NCBI GenBank assembly: GCA_964057225.1
Contig: OZ059900.1
Location: forward strand, 12,958,001 to 13,022,000
Direction: 5' to 3'
Length of the DNA: 64,000 bases
Origin: Auanema rhodensis
Taxonomy: Eukaryota > Animalia > Nematoda
How positions within the stretch are numbered: position 1 is the first letter of the stretch; the number at the start of each line of letters is the position of its first letter. Made by a program: the position numbers and the translations under genes. The notes under the pieces are model-generated. The model was not told where the DNA came from. It saw only the letters and a list, made by a program, of their open reading frames with translations, and made no database searches. Below are positions 54,201 through 64,000 of this stretch, one piece after another.

Positions 54201-57200
54201 GAACTGTTCTAGCCTATCGCCGTATATGTGATCAGTGTACAAAGCTATACAAAGCTTTATCCGGTCAAACTATAATGTAAAAGACGCGTCATGTTCATAT
54301 TCAAATTTGTTTTGCTTTGGCATCTATAGTGTCATATAATCATACTAAGACAGACAGTTTTCAATATTGCACACTCATGGTGTGCTTTCCAAAATGTATT
54401 TCCAACTCAGAAGTTCTCTGGTTAGATTGAGATACTACCTCTAACTTGGGTAATTAAACCAAATCTATTATGGAAACTTATGAACTGTTCTAGCCTATCG
54501 CCGTATAAGTGATCAGTGTACAAAGCTATACAAAGCTTTATCCGGTCAAACTATAATGTAAAAGACGCGTCATGTTCATACTCAAATTTGTTTTGCTTTG
54601 GCATCTATAGGGTCATATAATCATACTAAGACAGACAGTTTTCAATATTGCACACTCATGGTGTGCTTTCCAAAATGTATTTCCAACTCAGAAGTTCTCT
54701 GGTTAGATTGAGATACTACCTCTAACTTGGGTAATTAAACCAAATCTATTCAGGAAACTTATGAACTGTTCTAGCCTATCGCCGTATAAGTGATCAGTGT
54801 ACAAAGCTATACAAAGCTTTATCCAGTCAAACTATAATGTAAAAGACGCGTCATGTTCATATTCAAATTTGTTTTGCTTTGGCATCTATAGGGTCATATA
54901 ATCATACTAAGACAGACAGTTTTCAATATTGCACCTTCATGGTGTGCTTTCCAAAATGTATTTCCAACTCAGAAGTTCTCTGGTTAGATTTAGATACTAC
55001 CTCTAACTTGGGTAATTAAACCAAATCTATCCAGGAAACTTATGAACTGTTCTAGCCTATCGCCGTATATGTGATCAGTGTACAAAGCTATACAAAGCTA
55101 TACAAAGCTTTATCAGGTCAAACTATAATGTAAAAGACGCGTCATGTTCATATTCAAATTTGTTTTGCTTTGGCATCTATAGTGTCATATAATCATACTA
55201 AGACAGACAGTTTTCAATATTGCACACTCATGGTGTGCTTTCCAAAATGTATTTCCAACTCAGAAGTTCTCTGGTTAGATTGAAATACTACCTCTAACTT
55301 GGGTAATTAAACCAAATCTATTATGGAAACTTATGAACTGTTCTAGCCTATCGCCGTATAAGTGATCAATGTACAAAGCTATACAAAGCTTTATCCGGTC
55401 AAACTATAATGTAAAAGACGCGTCATGTTCATATTCAAATTTGTTTTGCTTTGGCATCTATAGGGTCATATAATCATACTAAGACAGACAGTTTTCAATA
55501 TTGCACACTCATGGTGTGCTTTCCAAAATGTATTTCCAACTCAGAAGTTCTCTGGTTAGATTGAGATACTACCTCTAACTTGGGTAATTAAACCAAATCT
55601 ATTATGGAAACTTATGAACTGTTCTAGCCTATCGCCGTATAAGTGATCAATGTACAAAGCTATACAAAGCTTTATCCGGTCAAACTATAATGTAAAAGAC
55701 GCGTCATGTTCATATTCAAATTTGTTTTGCTTTGGCATCTATAGGGTCATATAATCATACTAAGACAGGCAGTTTTCAATATTGCACACTCATGGTGTGC
55801 TTTCCAAAATGTATTTCCAACTCAGAAGTTCTCTGGTTTGATTGAGATACTACCTCTAACTTGGGTAATTAAACCAAATCTATTCAGGAAACTTATGAAC
55901 TGTTCTAGCCTATCGCCGTATATGTGATCAGTGTACAAAGCTATACAAAGCTTTATCCGGTCAAACTATAATGTAAAAGACGCGTCATGTTCATATTCAA
56001 ATTTGTTTTGCTTTGGCATCTATAGTGTCATATAATCATACTAAGACAGACAGTTTTCAATATTGCACACTCATGGTGTGCTTTCCAAAATGTATTTCCA
56101 ACTCAGAAGTTCTCTGGTTTGATTGAGATACTACCTCTAACTTGGGTAATTAAACCAAATCTATTCAGGAAACTTATGAACTGTTCTAGCCTATCGCCGT
56201 ATATGTGATCAGTGTACAAAGCTATACAAAGCTTTATCCGGTCAAACTATAATGTAAAAGACGCGTCATGTTCATATTCAAATTTGTTTTGCTTTGGCAT
56301 CTATAGTGTCATATAATCATACTAAGACAGGCAGTTTTCAATATTGCACACTCATGGTGTGCTTTCCAAAATGTATTTCCAACTCAGAAGTTCTCTGGTT
56401 AGATTGAGATACTACCTCTAACTTGGGTAATTAAACCAAATCTATTCAGGAAACTTATGAACTGTTCTAGCCTATCGCCGTATAAGTGATCAGTGTACAA
56501 AGCTATACAAAGCTTTATCCAGTCAAACTATAATGTAAAAGACGCGTCATGTTCATATTCAAATTTGTTTTGCTTTGGCATCTATAGGGTCATATAATCA
56601 TACTAAGACAGGCAGTTTTCAATATTGCACACTCATGGTGTGCTTTCCAAAATGTATTTCCAACTCAGAAGTTCTCTGGTTAGATTTAGATACTACCTCT
56701 AACTTGGGTAATTAAACCAAATCTATCCAGGAAACTTATGAACTGTTCTAGCCTATCGCCGTATATGTGATCAGTGTACAAAGCTATACAAAGCTTTATC
56801 CGGTCAAACTATAATGTAAAAGACGCGTCATGTTCATATTCAAATTTGTTTTGCTTTGGCATCTATAGTGTCATATAATCATACTAAGACAGACAGTTTT
56901 CAATATTGCACACTCATGGTGTGCTTTCCAAAATGTATTTCCAACTCAGAAGTTCTCTGGTTAGATTGAGATACTACCTCTAACTTGGGTAATTAAACCA
57001 AATCTATTATGGAAACTTATGAACTGTTCTAGCCTATCGCCGTATAAGTGATCAGTGTACAAAGCTATACAAAGCTTTATCCGGTCAAACTATAATGTAA
57101 AAGACGCGTCATGTTCATATTCAAATTTGTTTTGCTTTGGCATCTATAGGGTCATATAATCATACTAAGACAGACAGTTTTCAATATTGCACACTCATGG

Positions 57201-60200
57201 TGTGCTTTCCAAAATGTATTTCCAACTCAGAAGTTCTCTGGTTAGATTGAGATACTACCTCTAACTTGGGTAATTAAACCAAATCTATTCAGGAAACTTA
57301 TGAACTGTTCTAGCCTATCGCCGTATAAGTGATCAGTGTACAAAGCTATACAAAGCTTTATCCAGTCAAACTATAATGTAAAAGACGCGTCATGTTCATA
57401 TTCAAATTTGTTTTGCTTTGGCATCTATAGGGTCATATAATCATACTAAGACAGACAGTTTTCAATATTGCACACTCATGGTGTGCTTTCCAAAATGTAT
57501 TTCCAACTCAGAAGTTCTCTGGTTAGATTTAGATACTACCTCTAACTTGGGTAATTAAACCAAATCTATCCAGGAAACTTATGAACTGTTCTAGCCTATC
57601 GCCGTATATGTGATCAGTGTACAAAGCTATACAAAGCTATACAAAGCTTTATCAGGTCAAACTATAATGTAAAAGACGCGTCATGTTCATATTCAAATTT
57701 GTTTTGCTTTGGCATCTATAGTGTCATATAATCATAGTAAGACAGACAGTTTTCAATATTGCACACTCATGGTGTGCTTTCCAAAATGTATTTCCAACTC
57801 AGAAGTTCTCTGGTTAGATTGAGATACTACCTCTAACTTGGGTAATTAAACCAAATCTATTCAGGAAACTTATGAACTGTTCTAGCCTATCGCCGTATAA
57901 GTGATCAGTGTACAAAGCTATACAAAGCTTTATCCAGTCAAACTATAATGTAAAAGACGCGTCATGTTCATATTCAAATTTGTTTTGCTTTGGCATCTAT
58001 AGGGTCATATAATCATACTAAGACAGACAGTTTTCAATATTGCACACTCATGGTGTGCTTTCCAAAATGTATTTCCAACTCAGAAGTTCTCTGGTTAGAT
58101 TTAGATACTACCTCTAACTTGGGTAATTAAACCAAATCTATCCAGGAAACTTATGAACTGTTCTAGCCTATCGCCGTATATGTGATCAGTGTACAAAGCT
58201 ATACAAAGCTATACAAAGCTTTATCAGGTCAAACTATAATGTAAAAGACGCGTCATGTTCATATTCAAATTTGTTTTGCTTTGGCATCTATAGTGTCATA
58301 TAATCATACTAAGACAGACAGTTTTCAATATTGCACACTCATGGTGTGCTTTCCAAAATGTATTTCCAACTCAGAAGTTCTCTGGTTTGATTGAGATACT
58401 ACCTCTAACTTGGGTAATTAAACCAAATCTATTCAGGAAACTTATGAACTGTTCTAGCCTATCGCCGTATATGTGATCAGTGTACAAAGCTATACAAAGC
58501 TTTATCCGGTCAAACTATAATGTAAAAGACGCGTCATGTTCATATTCAAATTTGTTTTGCTTTGGCATCTATAGTGTCATATAATCATACTAAGACAGGC
58601 AGTTTTCAATATTGCACACTCATGGTGTGCTTTCCAAAATGTATTTCCAACTCAGAAGTTCTCTGGTTAGATTGAGATACTACCTCTAACTTGGGTAATT
58701 AAACCAAATCTATTCAGGAAACTTATGAACTGTTCTAGCCTATCGCCGTATAAGTGATCAGTGTACAAAGCTATACAAAGCTTTATCCGGTCAAACTATA
58801 ATGTAAAAGACGCGTCATGTTCATATTCAAATTTGTTTTGCTTTGGCATCTATAGGGTCATATAATCATACTAAGACAGACAGTTTTCAATATTGCACAC
58901 TCATGGTGTGCTTTCCAAAATGTATTTCCAACTCAGAAGTTCTCTGGTTAGATTTAGATACTACCTCTAACTTGGGTAATTAAACCAAATCTATCCAGGA
59001 AACTTATGAACTGTTCTAGCCTATCGCCGTATATGTGATCAGTGTACAAAGCTATACAAAGCTTTATCCGGTCAAACTATAATGTAAAAGACGCGTCATG
59101 TTCATATTCAAATTTGTTTTGCTTTGGCATCTATAGTGTCATATAATCATACTAAGACAGACAGTTTTCAATATTGCACACTCATGGTGTGCTTTCCAAA
59201 ATGTATTTCCAACTCAGAAGTTCTCTGGTTAGATTGAGATACTACCTCTAACTTGGGTAATTAAACCAAATCTATTATGGAAACTTATGAACTGTTCTAG
59301 CCTATCGCCGTATAAGTGATCAGTGTACAAAGCTATACAAAGCTTTATCCGGTCAAACTATAATGTAAAAGACGCGTCATGTTCATACTCAAATTTGTTT
59401 TGCTTTGGCATCTATAGGGTCATATAATCATACTAAGACAGACAGTTTTCAATATTGCACACTCATGGTGTGCTTTCCAAAATGTATTTCCAACTCAGAA
59501 GTTCTCTGGTTAGATTGAGATACTACCTCTAACTTGGGTAATTAAACCAAATCTATTCAGGAAACTTATGAACTGTTCTAGCCTATCGCCGTATAAGTGA
59601 TCAGTGTACAAAGCTATACAAAGCTTTATCCAGTCAAACTATAATGTAAAAGACGCGTCATGTTCATATTCAAATTTGTTTTGCTTTGGCATCTATAGGG
59701 TCATATAATCATACTAAGACAGACAGTTTTCAATATTGCACCTTCATGGTGTGCTTTCCAAAATGTATTTCCAACTCAGAAGTTCTCTGGTTAGATTTAG
59801 ATACTACCTCTAACTTGGGTAATTAAACCAAATCTATCCAGGAAACTTATGAACTGTTCTAGCCTATCGCCGTATATGTGATCAGTGTACAAAGCTATAC
59901 AAAGCTATACAAAGCTTTATCAGGTCAAACTATAATGTAAAAGACGCGTCATGTTCATATTCAAATTTGTTTTGCTTTGGCATCTATAGTGTCATATAAT
60001 CATACTAAGACAGACAGTTTTCAATATTGCACACTCATGGTGTGCTTTCCAAAATGTATTTCCAACTCAGAAGTTCTCTGGTTAGATTGAAATACTACCT
60101 CTAACTTGGGTAATTAAACCAAATCTATTATGGAAACTTATGAACTGTTCTAGCCTATCGCCGTATAAGTGATCAATGTACAAAGCTATACAAAGCTTTA

Positions 60201-60294
60201 TCCGGTCAAACTATAATGTAAAAGACGCGTCATGTTCATATTCAAATTTGTTTTGCTTTGGCATCTATAGGGTCATATAATCATACTAAGACAG
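51243..60294 (+). repeat. Higher-order duplication with 17-monomer (4807 bp) offset: 51243-55487 repeated at 56050-60294
   Basis: Rare variants at 51313, 52930, 54581, 54935 and 55284 recur at 56120, 57737, 59388, 59742 and 60091; 4807 = 17x281+30. Confidence 0.93.
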
Positions 60295-63200
60295 ACAGTT
60301 TTCAATATTGCACACTCATGGTGTGCTTTCCAAAATGTATTTCCAACTCAGAAGTTCTCTGGTTAGATTGAGATACTACCTCTAACTTGGGTAATTAAAC
60401 CAAATCTATTCAGGAAACTTATGAACTGTTCTAGCCTATCGCCGTATATGTGATCAGTGTACAAAGCTATACAAAGCTTTATCCGGTCAAACTATAATGT
60501 AAAAGACGCGTCATGTTCATATTCAAATTTGTTTTGCTTTGGCATCTATAGGGTCATATAATCATACTAAGACAGGCAGTTTTCAATATTGCACACTCAT
60601 GGTGTGCTTTCCAAAATGTATTTCCAACTCAGAAGTTCTCTGGTTAGATTGAGATACTACCTCTAACTTGGGTAATTAAACCAAATCTATTCAGGAAACT
60701 TATGAATTGTTCTAGCCTATCGCCGTATAAGTGATCAGTGTACAAAGCTATACAAAGCTTTATCCGGTCAAACTATAATGTAAAAGACGCGTCATGTTCA
60801 TATTCAAATTTGTTTTGCTTTGGCATCTATAGGGTCATATAATCATACTAAGACAGGCAGTTTTCAATATTGCACACTCATGGTGTGCTTTCCAAAATGT
60901 ATTTCCAACTCAGAAGTTCTCTGGTTAGATTTAGATACTACCTCTAACTTGGGTAATTAAACCAAATCTATCCAGGAAACTTATGAACTGTTCTAGCCTA
61001 TCGCCGTATATGTGATCAGTGTACAAAGCTATACAAAGCTATACAAAGCTTTATCAGGTCAAACTATAATGTAAAAGACGCGTCATGTTCATATTCAAAT
61101 TTGTTTTGCTTTGGCATCTATAGTGTCATATAATCATACTAAGACAGACAGTTTTCAATATTGCACACTCATGGTGTGCTTTCCAAAATGTATTTCCAAC
61201 TCAGAAGTTCTCTGGTTAGATTGAAATACTACCTCTAACTTGGGTAATTAAACCAAATCTATTATGGAAACTTATGAACTGTTCTAGCCTATCGCCGTAT
61301 AAGTGATCAATGTACAAAGCTATACAAAGCTTTATCCGGTCAAACTATAATGTAAAAGACGCGTCATGTTCATATTCAAATTTGTTTTGCTTTGGCATCT
61401 ATAGGGTCATATAATCATACTAAGACAGACAGTTTTCAATATTGCACACTCATGGTGTGCTTTCCAAAATGTATTTCCAACTCAGAAGTTCTCTGGTTAG
61501 ATTGAGATACTACCTCTAACTTGGGTAATTAAACCAAATCTATTCAGGAAACTTATGAACTGTTCTAGCCTATCGCCGTATATGTGATCAGTGTACAAAG
61601 CTATACAAAGCTTTATCCGGTCAAACTATAATGTAAAAGACGCGTCATGTTCATATTCAAATTTGTTTTGCTTTGGCATCTATAGGGTCATATAATCATA
61701 CTAAGACAGGCAGTTTTCAATATTGCACACTCATGGTGTGCTTTCCAAAATGTATTTCCAACTCAGAAGTTCTCTGGTTAGATTGAGATACTACCTCTAA
61801 CTTGGGTAATTAAACCAAATCTATTCAGGAAACTTATGAATTGTTCTAGCCTATCGCCGTATAAGTGATCAGTGTACAAAGCTATACAAAGCTTTATCCG
61901 GTCAAACTATAATGTAAAAGACGCGTCATGTTCATATTCAAATTTGTTTTGCTTTGGCATCTATAGGGTCATATAATCATACTAAGACAGGCAGTTTTCA
62001 ATATTGCACACTCATGGTGTGCTTTCCAAAATGTATTTCCAACTCAGAAGTTCTCTGGTTAGATTGAGATACTACCTCTAACTTGGGTAATTAAACCAAA
62101 TCTATTCAGGAAACTTATGAATTGTTCTAGCCTATCGCCGTATAAGTGATCAGTGTACAAAGCTATACAAAGCTTTATCCAGTCAAACTATAATGTAAAA
62201 GACGCGTCATGTTCATATTCAAATTTGTTTTGCTTTGGCATCTATAGTGTCATATAATCATACTAAGACAGACAGTTTTCAATATTGCACACTCATGGTG
62301 TGCTTTCCAAAATGTATTTCCAACTCAGAAGTTCTCTGGTTAGATTGAGATACTACCTCTAACTTGGGTAATTAAACCAAATCTATTATGGAAACTTATG
62401 AACTGTTCTAGCCTATCGCCGTATAAGTGATCAGTGTACAAAGCTATACAAAGCTTTATCCGGTCAAACTATAATGTAAAAGACGCGTCATGTTCATACT
62501 CAAATTTGTTTTGCTTTGGCATCTATAGGGTCATATAATCATACTAAGACAGACAGTTTTCAATATTGCACACTCATGGTGTGCTTTCCAAAATGTATTT
62601 CCAACTCAGAAGTTCTCTGGTTAGATTGAGATACTACCTCTAACTTGGGTAATTAAACCAAATCTATTCAGGAAACTTATGAACTGTTCTAGCCTATCGC
62701 CGTATAAGTGATCAGTGTACAAAGCTATACAAAGCTTTATCCAGTCAAACTATAATGTAAAAGACGCGTCATGTTCATATTCAAATTTGTTTTGCTTTGG
62801 CATCTATAGGGTCATATAATCATACTAAGACAGACAGTTTTCAATATTGCACCTTCATGGTGTGCTTTCCAAAATGTATTTCCAACTCAGAAGTTCTCTG
62901 GTTAGATTTAGATACTACCTCTAACTTGGGTAATTAAACCAAATCTATCCAGGAAACTTATGAACTGTTCTAGCCTATCGCCGTATATGTGATCAGTGTA
63001 CAAAGCTATACAAAGCTATACAAAGCTTTATCAGGTCAAACTATAATGTAAAAGACGCGTCATGTTCATATTCAAATTTGTTTTGCTTTGGCATCTATAG
63101 TGTCATATAATCATACTAAGACAGACAGTTTTCAATATTGCACACTCATGGTGTGCTTTCCAAAATGTATTTCCAACTCAGAAGTTCTCTGGTTAGATTG

Positions 63201-63967
63201 AAATACTACCTCTAACTTGGGTAATTAAACCAAATCTATTATGGAAACTTATGAACTGTTCTAGCCTATCGCCGTATAAGTGATCAATGTACAAAGCTAT
63301 ACAAAGCTTTATCCGGTCAAACTATAATGTAAAAGACGCGTCATGTTCATATTCAAATTTGTTTTGCTTTGGCATCTATAGGGTCATATAATCATACTAA
63401 GACAGACAGTTTTCAATATTGCACACTCATGGTGTGCTTTCCAAAATGTATTTCCAACTCAGAAGTTCTCTGGTTAGATTGAGATACTACCTCTAACTTG
63501 GGTAATTAAACCAAATCTATTCAGGAAACTTATGAACTGTTCTAGCCTATCGCCGTATATGTGATCAGTGTACAAAGCTATACAAAGCTTTATCCGGTCA
63601 AACTATAATGTAAAAGACGCGTCATGTTCATATTCAAATTTGTTTTGCTTTGGCATCTATAGGGTCATATAATCATACTAAGACAGGCAGTTTTCAATAT
63701 TGCACACTCATGGTGTGCTTTCCAAAATGTATTTCCAACTCAGAAGTTCTCTGGTTAGATTGAGATACTACCTCTAACTTGGGTAATTAAACCAAATCTA
63801 TTCAGGAAACTTATGAATTGTTCTAGCCTATCGCCGTATAAGTGATCAGTGTACAAAGCTATACAAAGCTTTATCCGGTCAAACTATAATGTAAAAGACG
63901 CGTCATGTTCATATTCAAATTTGTTTTGCTTTGGCATCTATAGGGTCATATAATCATACTAAGACAG
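59723..63967 (+). repeat. 4-monomer (1134 bp) higher-order unit in three copies: 59723-60856, 60857-61990, 62834-63967
   Basis: Same order each time: 291-bp G76T/T116C monomer; G78A+CA117-118AT+G163A monomer; A155T monomer; C132T monomer. Confidence 0.9.
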
Positions 63968-64000
63968 GCAGTTTTCAATATTGCACACTCATGGTGTGCT

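Larger units (their letters stand above)
19671..63124 (+). repeat. Span containing 18 dispersed 291-bp variant monomers (extra TACAAAGCTA unit)
   Basis: Triplicated unit near 19.85, 20.14, 20.71, 22.41, 22.70, 28.89, 30.03, 50.27, 50.56, 51.13, 52.83, 53.40, 55.09, 57.64, 58.21, 59.90, 61.04 and 63.01 kb; the count agrees with the total length arithmetic. Confidence 0.95.
1..64000. repeat. Tandem satellite DNA array, 281-bp monomer, ~227 copies, single orientation, highly homogenised
   Basis: ACAGTTTTCAATATTGCACAC recurs at 1, 282, 563 (A1G), ... 2811 (10x281+1) through 63968. The array runs off both window ends, and the length arithmetic accounts for every base. Each monomer carries SspI, BclI, BsrGI, HindIII (AAGCTT, 180-185) and MluI sites unless mutated. 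Confidence 0.99.

Noticed and set aside
1-64000. CRISPR array
   Set aside because: The entire 281-bp period is repeated; there are no unique spacers and no cas genes.
1-64000. A single fixed HOR period, or an embedded insertion or inversion
   Set aside because: Duplication offsets vary (3-17 monomers), all monomers share one orientation, and the length arithmetic leaves no room for foreign sequence.

Overview
The whole 64 kb window is one uninterrupted head-to-tail tandem array of an AT-rich (~34.5% GC by hand count) 281-bp satellite monomer, most likely eukaryotic centromeric or pericentromeric satellite DNA. I could not name the family or organism. It holds 227 complete monomers plus a 33-bp partial copy. 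18 monomers are 291 bp because of an extra 10-bp unit, and 227x281+18x10 = 63,967 matches the start of the last monomer at 63,968, so there are no other net indels. I found no genes, RNA genes, CRISPR spacers, transposons or inversions. Monomers differ from consensus by about 0-6 substitutions. The variants show nested local block duplications (offsets of 3, 4, 5, 7, 8, 11, 13 and 17 monomers), long-range re-use of monomer cassettes, and shared alleles at the two window ends. The most notable observation is that many recurrent variants perfect a nearby inverted or direct repeat inside the dyad-rich monomer, including double substitutions and one linked pair on opposite arms of the same stem. 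This suggests templated mutagenesis or selection on secondary structure, but needs a formal null test. Monomer positions (e.g. A79G) are numbered from window position 1; variant counts are by eye.
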